The translations under genes and the position numbers were made by a program. Shown here piece by piece: positions 19,463-29,891 of a DNA stretch of 64,000 bases. The stretch is from the NCBI GenBank assembly GCA_965140705.1, contig OZ223300.1, positions 896,001 through 960,000 of the forward strand, in the 5' to 3' direction. Within the stretch, counting starts at the first letter, position 1; each line of letters starts with the position of its first letter. The notes beneath the pieces are model-generated. The model was not told where the DNA came from. It did not search any database and was given only the letters and a program-made list of their open reading frames with translations. Source of the DNA: an uncultured Arcobacter sp. GTDB taxonomy: Bacteria > Campylobacterota > Campylobacteria > Campylobacterales > Arcobacteraceae.

Positions 19463-21604
19463 TTAAAAACTCTCCCATTCATCATCATTTTTACTATTAG
19501 AAGTTATTACTTGAGGTTTATTATTAGATTGAACTTTTGGAGTTGTAGTCTCTTTTTTTTCAACTTCCTCTTTTGGTTTTGATACTTCTACTTTTTTTGT
19601 TTCTTTTTTAGGATTAGAAGGAGACAAATTAGTTGTTTTTGAAGATGCATTTACTTTTTTACTTTTTACATTTTCTTTGCCTTCAAACTCTTTCTCATCT
19701 GCATCTCTTACGATATCATTTGCGATGTATTGTGTTTGATCAGCTATATCTTTTGCTTGATTTGCAATAGAAGCATTTTGTTGTGTTTGTCTATCAAGTA
19801 AATTTACTGCACTGTTAATTTGTTCAATACCCATTTGTTGTTCTTTACTTGCAGATTCAACTCCACCAATTAACTCTAATGTTTTGGAAATATTTTCATT
19901 TAATCCTAAATATCCTTTAATCATTTTATCAGAGATAGCTTTACCATCATTTGCTTTTGTTGTAGCATTTTCAACTAAAGATTTGATTTCTTTAGCAGCT
20001 TCTGCACTTCTTGATGCTAGGTTTCTCACTTCTTGAGCAACAACTGCAAATCCTTTTCCAGCTTCTCCTGCTGTTGCTGCTTCAACAGCTGCATTAAGAG
20101 ATAGAATATTTGTTTGAAATGCTATTTGGTCAATTACTGAAATAGCTTCATTGATTGCTGTAACTTGTTCATTTATACTATCCATTGCAAGTGTAGTTTG
20201 AGAAGCTAATTCTTCTCCTTCATTTGCAGATTTTTTAAGTTCATTTGCATTATTTGACATTGCAATTACATTTTGTGTATTTGATGAAATATTTGAAGTG
20301 ATTTCTTCTAATGCAGCAGCTGTTTCTTCTATACTTGCAGCAGCTTCATTTGATGAACGACTTATTAAATCAACATTTGATAATAATTCACTTGAACTAT
20401 CTTGGAGGGTTAGCCCATTTGCTTTATTTTCAATTAGCATTTCATTAATTATTTTTGCCAAAGTATTTAAGCCATCAACAGTTTTACCTGTTGCTGTTGT
20501 AATTCTATGTCTAAAGTTTAATCTTTGATACTCTTTTAATGCTTTTTCTATAGCATTTGTATCATTAGAAATATTTTCAGAGATAATTTGAATCATTTCA
20601 TTAAAAATGGTTTTTAACTCTTCTAAACCTTTGTTATGGGTACTTTTTTCTATTTTTTTACTAATATCACCAGTTTTTACAAGCTCAACTACTCTTTTAA
20701 CATCATTGATTAGTAAATCGTCTTTTTCTAAAAGAGATTTAGTATTTGTAATATTTTCATTTACAATTTGAGCAATTGCAGCTATTTCATCCTTTGCACT
20801 TGTATCTAGTAAGTCTGCATTTGAAGACTCTTTATTTAAGTATTTGAAAAAGTCTAAAAGACCATCTTTAAAGTTATTAATTGAATTATTAATATTTCTA
20901 CTAAGTAAAAATGTAAATAATATCGCAAGAGCTATACTAATAATTGTTATGATAACAAAAGAAGCTAATGAGTTATCAATTAATTCAGTTGTTTCTTTCT
21001 CTTCATGTGCAATTACTTTATATGACTCTCCTGTAAAGAAGTCAATGATATCTCTCATTTTTTCATAATCTACAAGATATGTATTAAAATAAAAAGTTTG
21101 TGCATTAGCATAGTCATTTGACTTTACTAATTGAACAAGTTTTTGAGTATTTTTATTAGTTAAATCATATAACTTTTCAAACTCTTCAAATTTTGCTTTA
21201 TTTTCAGGCATCAATTCTTCTAATAAGTTTTTAAATTTTTCAAATCTTTGTTTAACTTGTTTGATATTATCATTTACACCTTTGTCAAGTAATTTTTGAG
21301 TTGTCGAATGATCAGGTGAACCTACTATTTGTGCTAAAGCAGCATTTGATTGATAAGAATCTCTATCTGCTTCTAATAGATAAGTTATTCCAGCTAAATT
21401 TATTGTTTGAGAAAGTGCTACATTTGATTGATAAGAATCCCTATCTGCTTCCAATAGTACTGCAACTCCTGCAAAATCTCTTCCACTTAAGTCTTTTACA
21501 TTCTTTTGCATGTGATTAATATTGTATGCTACATATGCACTTGAAAGCAAAGTAACTATAATTAATACTAGAAAAGCCCCAATTATCTTGTGTTTAATTT
21601 TCAT
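19463..21604 (-). CDS. Methyl-accepting chemotaxis protein with C-terminal EWESF pentapeptide
   Basis: Four-helix-type sensor, MCP hairpin, flexible tail and NWETF-like terminus. Confidence 0.96.
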   Translation of the reverse strand: MKIKHKIIGAFLVLIIVTLLSSAYVAYNINHMQKNVKDLSGRDFAGVAVLLEADRDSYQSNVALSQTINLAGITYLLEADRDSYQSNAALAQIVGSPDHSTTQKLLDKGVNDNIKQVKQRFEKFKNLLEELMPENKAKFEEFEKLYDLTNKNTQKLVQLVKSNDYANAQTFYFNTYLVDYEKMRDIIDFFTGESYKVIAHEEKETTELIDNSLASFVIITIISIALAILFTFLLSRNINNSINNFKDGLLDFFKYLNKESSNADLLDTSAKDEIAAIAQIVNENITNTKSLLEKDDLLINDVKRVVELVKTGDISKKIEKSTHNKGLEELKTIFNEMIQIISENISNDTNAIEKALKEYQRLNFRHRITTATGKTVDGLNTLAKIINEMLIENKANGLTLQDSSSELLSNVDLISRSSNEAAASIEETAAALEEITSNISSNTQNVIAMSNNANELKKSANEGEELASQTTLAMDSINEQVTAINEAISVIDQIAFQTNILSLNAAVEAATAGEAGKGFAVVAQEVRNLASRSAEAAKEIKSLVENATTKANDGKAISDKMIKGYLGLNENISKTLELIGGVESASKEQQMGIEQINSAVNLLDRQTQQNASIANQAKDIADQTQYIANDIVRDADEKEFEGKENVKSKKVNASSKTTNLSPSNPKKETKKVEVSKPKEEVEKKETTTPKVQSNNKPQVITSNSKNDDEWESF
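21319..21474 (-). repeat. In-frame 78-bp imperfect tandem duplication in the MCP sensor domain
   Basis: CATTTGATTGATAAGAATC(T/C)CTATCTGCTTC(T/C)AATAG occurs at 21343 and 21421, encoding [12 protein letters not shown] twice. Confidence 0.92.
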
Positions 21605-21760
21605 ATTTTTATCTCCTTCTTAGAATATGTTAATATTCCATTAATTAATTCTATTCTTTTTAGAATAAATTGAATCTTAATTAAATTATTAATAAAAATT
21701 TATTACAGGTATTTAACTCAAAGGGAATAGAATTTGCAGAATTGAAGCTAAAGAGATAGA

Positions 21761-23218
21761 ATGAAATTAGATGAAATAAAATTAGATAATGATTACTTTG
21801 AATTTGAAGAAAAATTTTATCAAAGAATTAATCCAACTCCACTAAATAATCCTTTTTTAATCTCTTATAATAAACTTATGTTTGATGAAATAGTTTTAGA
21901 TTATGATGAAGCTAATAGCAAAGATTTTGTAAAGTTTATAAATGGTGAAAAACTACTTAAAGGCTCAGAACCTTATGCAAGTGCATATGCTGGACACCAA
22001 TTTGGTTATTTTGTCCCCCAATTAGGTGATGGACGAGCAATAAATCTAGGTAAAATCGACATTTGGCATCTCCAAACAAAGGGTTCTGGTTTAACTCGTT
22101 ATTCAAGACAAGGTGATGGTAGAGCAGTTTTAAGATCTTCAATTCGTGAATATATTATCTCAGAAGCGATGCATGCTTTAAATATTCCTACAACTAGAGT
22201 ACTTGCTCTTATTGGTTCTAATCATCCAGTCCATCGATACTATGGAGTAGTTGAAACAGGAGCAATTGTATTAAGAATGTCACCATCTTGGATTAGAATA
22301 GGTACATTTGAATATTTTGCTAGAAGTAAAAATGCAAAAGAAAATGTTAAACAACTTGCAGATTATGTTATTAGAAATTCTTATGCTCACCTAATTAATG
22401 ATGAAAATAAATATGAAAAGATGTATTATGAAATGGTTGATAAAACTGCTATTTTAATGGCTAAATGGCAAGCTTATGGTTTCATGCATGGTGTAATGAA
22501 TACTGATAATTTTTCAATGGCAGGACTAAGTATAGATTATGGTCCCTTTGCTTTTATGGATTATTTTAATATTAATCAAATTTGTAATCATACCGATAGT
22601 GAAGGAAGATACTCTTATCTTAATCAACCATATGTTGCAAAATGGAATTTAGAAGTTTTAGCTAATAGTTTAAAAACAATTTGTGAAGTGGAAAAATTAA
22701 ATGAGTATTTAAAAACGTATTTCCATATTCAAGAAAAAGAATATTTAACTCTTATGACACAAAGACTTGGACTAAATATAGATAAAAGTAGTGATTCTTA
22801 TGCTACTTTGGTTATATCACTTTTGAAAGCTTTACAAATATCTAAAACAGATTATAATCAGTTTTTTTATGAATTAAGTAAGTGTAAAAACAGTGAGGAG
22901 ATTAGGAAAGTAATTGATATAGCTATTTATAGACAAGCTTTAGATAAATGGCTTGAAGATTATATAAAGTTAAGGGAATTTGAGAACCAAGATTTTGAAA
23001 AAGTTCAAGAGAGAATGAAAAAAGTAAATCCAAAATATGTGATTAAAAACTATATGCTTCAAGAAGCTATTGATAAAGCAGAAGAGGGTGATTTTACTTT
23101 AGTAAATGAATTATTAAATATTGCACAAAATCCATATGATGAGCATAAAGAGTATGAAAGATACTCAAAAGCTACACCACTAGAATTTTCAAATATAAAA
23201 CTTAGCTGTTCTTCATAA
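21761..23218 (+). CDS. selO: Protein adenylyltransferase SelO (YdiU)
   Basis: YAGHQFG, LGDGRA, KGSGLT, DGRAVLRSSIRE, HGVMNTDN, IDYGP and C-terminal CSS. Confidence 0.96.
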   Translation: MKLDEIKLDNDYFEFEEKFYQRINPTPLNNPFLISYNKLMFDEIVLDYDEANSKDFVKFINGEKLLKGSEPYASAYAGHQFGYFVPQLGDGRAINLGKIDIWHLQTKGSGLTRYSRQGDGRAVLRSSIREYIISEAMHALNIPTTRVLALIGSNHPVHRYYGVVETGAIVLRMSPSWIRIGTFEYFARSKNAKENVKQLADYVIRNSYAHLINDENKYEKMYYEMVDKTAILMAKWQAYGFMHGVMNTDNFSMAGLSIDYGPFAFMDYFNINQICNHTDSEGRYSYLNQPYVAKWNLEVLANSLKTICEVEKLNEYLKTYFHIQEKEYLTLMTQRLGLNIDKSSDSYATLVISLLKALQISKTDYNQFFYELSKCKNSEEIRKVIDIAIYRQALDKWLEDYIKLREFENQDFEKVQERMKKVNPKYVIKNYMLQEAIDKAEEGDFTLVNELLNIAQNPYDEHKEYERYSKATPLEFSNIKLSCSS

Positions 23219-23237
23219 GATAAGCTAAATGCTTATA

Positions 23238-23786
23238 TTATTTATATGGAATAGTAAATTCAATATCTACAGTAGAAAATGATTTGTTTTGGTGGAAAGC
23301 AGCACATTTTTTACTAAAAGCCATAAATGAATTTTTCATTCCAAAATCTAAAATATCTATGTTTCCTTTTGCAACTATATTTCCATTTGACATTTCATAT
23401 TTCATAGGTATAGATTTAGATATTTCATTCATCGTAAGTTTTAATGTCAACTCATTTGTAGATTCTTTAACCTTTGTAATTGTTCCTTTTATCTCTTTTG
23501 CACTTACTAATGAAAATAAAGTAGAGGTTATATTTTTATTTCTAACTGGATTTTTAGATTCTAAAGAACTAGTTTGAATTGTAACCATAGCACTTTTTAG
23601 AAAGGTAGATAAATTATCAGATGATTTTATATCTGCTTTTATCTCATTAAAAGTACCAGAAACAGGAACCTTTTTTTCTGTTTTAAATCCTGTCCATTTT
23701 ACAGCTAACTTACCATTTAGCTCATAAGCATTTAATGAACAAACTAAACCAAGCGATAACAGTAAAGCCAAAAAAATCTTTTTCAT
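23238..23786 (-). CDS. YceI family periplasmic protein
   Basis: Signal peptide, V.GTF and SLESKNPVRN YceI pattern. Confidence 0.85.
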   Translation of the reverse strand: MKKIFLALLLSLGLVCSLNAYELNGKLAVKWTGFKTEKKVPVSGTFNEIKADIKSSDNLSTFLKSAMVTIQTSSLESKNPVRNKNITSTLFSLVSAKEIKGTITKVKESTNELTLKLTMNEISKSIPMKYEMSNGNIVAKGNIDILDFGMKNSFMAFSKKCAAFHQNKSFSTVDIEFTIPYK

Positions 23787-23905
23787 GAGGAATCCTTTAT
23801 TAATGTTTAATCTAAAAGTACATCAATAAGAGTGAAACCTAAATTACGAGTTAAAATTAATTTAATTCATTAAAAAACAATCAAGTTTTCAAATGAATTT
23901 ATATA

Positions 23906-24466
23906 TTATACAGCACCCATTAGAGCTTTTTTTGTATTCCCCATAAGAGCTAACATTTCATCATACGTTTTGTTTATCTCATCTAGTGGAGTTGAAATAA
24001 TTTCATCATAAACTTTTTCTATTTTTTCTTCACTAGATAATTTTTTAAGGTCACTTTTTTCCAAAGAAGCAAAATCTAAAACTTCATTCCATACTGAACT
24101 TTCATCTAACATAAAAGCTGAAAATTTAATACCTTCATATTCAAAAGTTCCATTTGCATCTAGGTCAATTACATAGAGTAAATTTATTGAATCTTTGTCA
24201 AAGTAGTTTCCATATTTTACAAAAAAATCTTTGAAGTACCCAAAAGTCTCAAGTTCACATGCAAAGAATTTAATCTTTTCATTTTCACTTACCATAATAA
24301 CTTGTCTTGCTTGTGCTTTAGGTGGCATAACTCTTGTTTCAGATAATTTTTTACCTTCTTCAATAATTAGTGCGCCTCTATATCCAAGTAATGTTGAGTT
24401 TATATTTCCACTAAAAGATGGTTGCCATTCTAAATTGTTTTCTTTGATGTATTCAATTGGTGTCAT
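23906..24466 (-). CDS. Hypothetical protein
   Basis: 186-aa ORF with AAGGA RBS and host-like codon usage. Confidence 0.75.
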   Translation of the reverse strand: MTPIEYIKENNLEWQPSFSGNINSTLLGYRGALIIEEGKKLSETRVMPPKAQARQVIMVSENEKIKFFACELETFGYFKDFFVKYGNYFDKDSINLLYVIDLDANGTFEYEGIKFSAFMLDESSVWNEVLDFASLEKSDLKKLSSEEKIEKVYDEIISTPLDEINKTYDEMLALMGNTKKALMGAV

Positions 24467-24540
24467 AAAGTTTCCTTTTTTAATTATGAAACCTTATATA
24501 CAAGTTTCGTTCCATAAGATAAAAAAGTTTTAGATTTTAC

Positions 24541-26800
24541 TTAAGCCTCTTCTACAAAGACTTTATTTCTCCCCTCTTTTTTTACTTTGTAGAGTAATTT
24601 ATCTGCAAGTTTATATACTTTTATACTAGTGGCATTTTTTGCATTAATTACGATACCTCCAATTGATACAGTAATATTTCTAGATGCTTCACTTTTACTA
24701 TGTTCTATATTTAAGTCTTCTATATTTGTTCTTATTTTTTCTAGTATTTTTTTAAAATTAGAAACTGTAATATCTGTTGTTAATATCCCAAACTCTTCTC
24801 CTCCTAATCTAAAAGCAAAATCGTTAGCTCTTGAAATAGTCTCTCTTAGGCATAAAGCAACACTTTGTAAAGCATAATCCCCTTTATCATGTCCATATGT
24901 GTCATTATATTGTTTAAAGAAATCAACATCTAAAATAGCAAATGCAATAGTTTTATTATCCCTTTTTGCTCTTAAAATCTCTTTTTCTATTGTTAAATTA
25001 AAATATCTTCTATTGTATGTTTGAGTTAATTCATCAGTAATTGACATCTCTTCAATTCTTTTTTTATCTGTTATATCTACTGCTACTAAAGCATATCCTG
25101 TAATAGTATTATTGTTATTATACATAGGAGATATTTTGGTATGAACATAATAAGTCTCTCCATTCTTTTTAAGATTTTTGATTTCCCCTTCCCAATTTTT
25201 ACCTGAATAAATAGTATCCCACATTGAAAAATAGAACTCATTTGGTGTATCTGGATGTCTTAATATATCATGATTGTGTCCAATTAACTCTTCTTTTGAA
25301 TATCCACAAATTAAGCAAAAAGCATCAGAAACATCTAAAATTTTACCATTTATATCAACTTTTAACGTAATCAAATAATCATTTATGATTTCAAGATATG
25401 TTTTGTTTTCTTCAAGTTTATCTTCAATCATTTTTTTATTTTTTTTACTTTCTGTAATATCAACAAATGATGCGATATAGAAAAAATCATTATCTTCTGT
25501 ATATATTTTTGAGATACTAAGTTCTTCTGTATAAGGCATGCCATTTTTTCTAATATTTGTTATCTCTCCTTCCCAATGGAGATGTTCATTAAGATTATCC
25601 CAAATGTTTTTATAAAATAGTCTAGTATGATATCCTGTTGATTTTAGAATTTTAGGAGTTTTATTTAAAATCTCTTTTTCCGTATAACCTGTGATTTTTG
25701 TAAAAGATTTATTAACCCTTTGGACTTTATTATTTCTATCAGTGACTAAAATTCCATCATGGGAGTTTTCAAACATTTTATCTGAAATTTTAAGTCTAAG
25801 TTTTGTTTCTCTTTCTCTAGTATTATAATTTGCTAGTATTATAATTTGCAAAAATTATTGAAATAATCATTGCAATAAAGAAGTATAAAAATGCTAACCA
25901 CATTATTGTTTTTAAATAAGTATTTACTATCGTCTCAATTAAATTATTATCAATTATTGTAATTAGTTTTAGTGTAAGAGGTTCTATATTAGAATTTTTA
26001 TTAATCCAAGAAGTAAGATTGATTTGATTTACATTTGCATGAAAATTATCAGTTCTAAATGTTCCATTTGAACCAGTTTTTAAATTCTTGGATATTGCAA
26101 TTGATAAATCCTTATATATATTATCAAATGTATTATTCTTATTAAATGCAAATCCAAAATTGAACTTTTTATTTTTTGAATTTAAAATATAATTATTTTG
26201 GGTTAGAATTAGAGTTTCTAAATTAAAATTTGAAGTTGAAAAAATATTAAATAGATTAGTTAAAGGGTAATTGATTACTAAAAAAACATCAGATTTATTT
26301 TTATCAAATAGTGGTGTTATTACACTAAAAAATGGTATTTGAGGGCTTGTTATTTTTCCATCTTCTTTTTTTAACTTTATTGGTGAAAGATATATATCAC
26401 CTTTTTTTAGTTGTTTAATTATAGATAAGTATTCGCTACTTGAAAATTCGTCAGCTTTTTTATTTTTAATTTCTAATAATTTTGTTCCATCATTTTTTAG
26501 AAAACAAATTTCAAAATAAGATTTTTTTAAAGCAAGTAAAGTTGATAACTCTTTTTTAATAGTTGAATAATCTTTGTTGAGTTTATATACTTCAGAAATA
26601 TAAAGTAAATCTTTTTTTAAAATCTCAAAATTATTTTTGGCAGTTGATATTTTTAGATTTAATTCTGATTCTATAGAATTATTTATCTCTTTAGTATAAA
26701 TATGGTCTAAGTTTTTTATATAAGTAATTGAAACTAATAAAAAAATAAAACTAAAAAATATTAAACTTTTTAAAAAAACATAACTTATATTTTTGTTCAA
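24541..26800 (-). pseudogene. Frameshifted membrane Cache-PAS-PAS-GGDEF diguanylate cyclase (two ORF pieces, 25823-26800 and 24541-25851)
   Basis: Both pieces contain ANYNT at the junction. Removing one copy of a 16-bp duplication fuses them into one 747-aa ORF. GGEEF and RxxD (RAND) are intact. Confidence 0.92.
25817..25848. repeat. Perfect 16-bp tandem duplication (CTAGTATTATAATTTG x2)
   Basis: Read directly at 25817-25832 and 25833-25848. Confidence 0.97.
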
Positions 26801-26867
26801 ATTGGTGATTCCTAAATTAAAAGTTATTTATTATATCACTAATTTAATAATTTACAATTAAGCTGAA

Positions 26868-27263
26868 TTATTTTGTATCTATAGAATATCTTCCAGGTCC
26901 CATAATCATAAGAATAAAAGCATTAAACATATAAAAAAATTGTAGTTCTAATGCTAATCCACCAGTTTTAGAGAGTGAGAATATATCTCCACTATGAACT
27001 AAATATATTGCAAACACTAAATTGATTATAATTATAAATGAAAAAAATCTAGTGTAGTACCCAATTATAATAAATATAGGAGCCACTATTTCTCCAATGT
27101 ATACACCATAGACAAAAAATTGAGGAAGATTATGTTCTAACAAAATGGTTTCAATAAATGATGTTCCATGTATAAGTTTTGAATATCCATGAAAAATAAA
27201 TAAAAAACCTAAAAATAGTCTTAACAGTAATTTTGCTAAATTTTCATTCAAAGAATTATCCAT
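26868..27263 (-). CDS. DoxX family membrane protein
   Basis: LLLRL..G...HG..KL, GE, G.YTR, HSG and GPGRYSID. Confidence 0.92.
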   Translation of the reverse strand: MDNSLNENLAKLLLRLFLGFLFIFHGYSKLIHGTSFIETILLEHNLPQFFVYGVYIGEIVAPIFIIIGYYTRFFSFIIIINLVFAIYLVHSGDIFSLSKTGGLALELQFFYMFNAFILMIMGPGRYSIDTK

Positions 27264-27341
27264 TATTTGTTCCTTTTTTTTATGATATTTAAAAATAGTT
27301 AATGAATGGTTAATTTATATTTAATTTGAATCTTAAAATTA

Positions 27342-27620
27342 TTATTCTTTCCAAAACATTGGCTTATCTTTCTGTCCTTGTTCCTTTCGTTTTGGTTCAA
27401 TTCTTTTATCAGGTTTGTAATTATCATATTTAAAAGGGCTTCTAAATTGTAAAGAAGTAGGTGTTGGACCTCCATCTTTTTCTACAGTTCTTGGTTTATA
27501 GGTATCTCCTAAGTTTGACCAACTTTTAGGTAGAAGGATGTATGCAATTGTTAATATAATTATTATCAATAATGTTATTATATATAGACCTTTATTACTT
27601 GACCCTTTTCCCTCTTCCAT
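27342..27620 (-). CDS. Small single-TM hypothetical protein (paralog B)
   Basis: AAGGA RBS, one TM helix, similar to the neighbouring ORF. Confidence 0.8.
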   Translation of the reverse strand: MEEGKGSSNKGLYIITLLIIIILTIAYILLPKSWSNLGDTYKPRTVEKDGGPTPTSLQFRSPFKYDNYKPDKRIEPKRKEQGQKDKPMFWKE

Positions 27621-27630
27621 TTAGTTCCTT

Positions 27631-27915
27631 TTAATCATCTTTTTTATTCCAAAAAATTGGTTTTTTACCTTCTTCATTATCTTCCATTCTTTTTTGCATA
27701 AAGGTAGTTTTTTTAGGTGGTGTATAATGGTCATGTTGAAAACCATTTCTAAACTGTAATTTTATTGGATCTGAATTAACTCCAGTACTTCTTAATTTAT
27801 ATGTATTACTGTAGTTATTTTTAGTCATAGGAATTAAGAAATAACCTAAAATTAGTATTAGTAGAACTATAACTATTTTTGTATATTTAGACCATTTTTT
27901 AGATGCTTTTTTCAT
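27631..27915 (-). CDS. Small single-TM hypothetical protein (paralog A)
   Basis: AAGGA RBS, TATAAT at 27938-27943 (minus strand), one TM helix. Confidence 0.8.
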   Translation of the reverse strand: MKKASKKWSKYTKIVIVLLILILGYFLIPMTKNNYSNTYKLRSTGVNSDPIKLQFRNGFQHDHYTPPKKTTFMQKRMEDNEEGKKPIFWNKKDD

Positions 27916-27961
27916 ATAAAAATTTCCTTATAGTTCTATTATATTTAAAAAATAATAAAAT

Positions 27962-28303
27962 CTATATAAGGAAGCCATTTGCTAACATTATATCTTTTCC
28001 ATCATCAGTCACTTTACTTTTATCCCAAGGTGGATCAAATACAAGATTTACTTCTGCATTTTCAACTTCATCAATTACTTTTACTGCATAAGTTACGTCA
28101 TTGACTAAACTATCTGCAACTGGACAACCAGGACTTGTAAGTGTCATATCAATTTTACAATTTAATATATTGTCTTTCTCTTCTAGATTTATTTTATATA
28201 TTAATCCCAAATCATAAATATTTACTGGAATTTCTGGGTCAAATATATGTTTAAGTTGGGCTACAATTTTTTCTTCTATCTCTTCTAAATTATAATTACT
28301 CAT
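27962..28303 (-). CDS. sufT: Fe-S cluster assembly factor SufT (DUF59)
   Basis: DPEIPVNIYDLGLIY, MTLTSPGCP and FDPPW. Confidence 0.92.
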   Translation of the reverse strand: MSNYNLEEIEEKIVAQLKHIFDPEIPVNIYDLGLIYKINLEEKDNILNCKIDMTLTSPGCPVADSLVNDVTYAVKVIDEVENAEVNLVFDPPWDKSKVTDDGKDIMLANGFLI

Positions 28304-28711
28304 TTAATTTTCCTTCGCATACTCTTTTATTTTTTTTATCATACCTTGAACACCACTTTGTCTATTTGGTGTTATTATTTCTGTTAAATTTAATTTATCT
28401 AAAATATTTATATCTAGATTATTTATATCATTTTTTGTTTCATTTGAAAATATTGTTGTAATAATATAAACCAAACCTCTTACAATGGCTGCATTTGAAT
28501 CTGCTCTAAAAATCAATTTTTCATTTTCATAATCTTTTACAAGCCATACTTTAGAAGTACAACCTTGTACTAAATTTTCATCAACCATCTCTTTTTCATC
28601 TAAAGGGTTTAGTTTTTTGCCCAAATCTATGATAAATTGATATTTTTCAAGTTCATCATCAAAAAGTTCCAAATCATCTTTAAACTCTTCAATCTTTTTT
28701 TCAATACTCAT
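28304..28711 (-). CDS. sufE: Cysteine desulfuration protein SufE
   Basis: YQFIIDLGK, VQGCTSKVW, ADS.A.IVRGL and TPNR. Confidence 0.94.
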   Translation of the reverse strand: MSIEKKIEEFKDDLELFDDELEKYQFIIDLGKKLNPLDEKEMVDENLVQGCTSKVWLVKDYENEKLIFRADSNAAIVRGLVYIITTIFSNETKNDINNLDINILDKLNLTEIITPNRQSGVQGMIKKIKEYAKEN

Positions 28712-28712
28712 T

Positions 28713-29891
28713 TTAATCCTTTAACATAGTTATGGCTTTTTTTAAAGCAATAACTAGTTTATCAATATCCTCTTTTTCATTATAAAAAGCAATACTAGTT
28801 CTAATAGTTCCTTCAATACCAAGACTTTTCATAATGGGTTGAGCACAATGGTGCCCACATCTTACAGCTATGCCCATTTTATCAACTAAAATACCCACAT
28901 CTTCAGCCATAATATTTTTGATATTAAAACTAAGTGAACCAATAGAGTTTTTTATATCACTGTAAAAAATTATGTCATCTATTTTGCTAAGCCCACTATA
29001 AAGGTACTCATAAAGTTCTTGTTCCTTTTTTTCAATATTTTCATATCCAAGTTCTTTTATAAACTCAATTGCTTTTCCAAATCCAATGACACCTGCTATA
29101 TTTTGGGTACCTGCTTCAAATTTAAAAGGAGAATCAAGTAAAATACTTTTTTCAATTGTTACGTCATTGATTGTTGCTCCTCCTGTTTGATAAGGAGCAA
29201 TTTCATTTAATAAATTCTCTTTTATATAAATAGCTCCAACACCTGTTGGTCCAAAGGTTTTATGTGAAGAGATTGCCAAAAAGTCTATATCTAATTCTTG
29301 TACATCAATTTTTCTGTGGGTTAAAGATTGTGCTCCATCTATTAAAACCTTTGCTCCATATTTATGAGCTAAACTTGTGATTTTTTTTATATCATGTATT
29401 TTTCCAAAGGCATTTGATATATGTGTAATAGATACAAGTGAGTTGGGATTTTCTTTTAAAAGTTTTTCAAAATCTTCATAATCAAAATCAAGGTTATCAT
29501 TACATTTTACTACTTTTATATTTATATTTGCTATTTGCCATGGTACAATATTTGAGTGGTGCTCCAATGAAGAAATTATCACTTTCTTGAACTTATTTTT
29601 TGCGTATGAATTTACTAAAAAGTTAATACTCTCTGTTACACCTTTTGTAAAGATTATTTCATGTTTTTCTTTTGCATTTATAAACTCTTTTAAAACTTTT
29701 CTTGTATGTTCATAATTTTGTGTTGCTTTATTTGCATTTCCATAATTACTTCTATGTGTATTTGAACAATAAGATGAATAATAGTTTACAATTTCATCAA
29801 TAACCACTTGAGGCTTTTGAGTAGTTGCTGCATTGTCAAGATATACAATGTTACTATTTTTAAAAAAAGGAAAATAATCTTTGTACATCAT
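28713..29891 (-). CDS. sufS: Cysteine desulfurase SufS (group II)
   Basis: YLDNAATTQKP, EHHSN, SSHK and RCGHHCA. Confidence 0.95.
   Translation of the reverse strand: MMYKDYFPFFKNSNIVYLDNAATTQKPQVVIDEIVNYYSSYCSNTHRSNYGNANKATQNYEHTRKVLKEFINAKEKHEIIFTKGVTESINFLVNSYAKNKFKKVIISSLEHHSNIVPWQIANINIKVVKCNDNLDFDYEDFEKLLKENPNSLVSITHISNAFGKIHDIKKITSLAHKYGAKVLIDGAQSLTHRKIDVQELDIDFLAISSHKTFGPTGVGAIYIKENLLNEIAPYQTGGATINDVTIEKSILLDSPFKFEAGTQNIAGVIGFGKAIEFIKELGYENIEKKEQELYEYLYSGLSKIDDIIFYSDIKNSIGSLSFNIKNIMAEDVGILVDKMGIAVRCGHHCAQPIMKSLGIEGTIRTSIAFYNEKEDIDKLVIALKKAITMLKD

Noticed and set aside
6840..20140. Near-identical DNA segments at about 6.9, 17.9 and 20.1 kb as a possible repeat family or mobile element
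   Set aside because: They are the conserved signalling hairpins of three MCP paralogs.
23204..23218. Possible selenocysteine in SelO
   Set aside because: The gene ends LSCSS followed by TAA, with no in-frame TGA.
24541..25851. Stand-alone PAS-GGDEF gene starting at TTG 25851
   Set aside because: The apparent start depends on the duplication-shifted frame and has no RBS; it is better explained as a frameshifted single gene.
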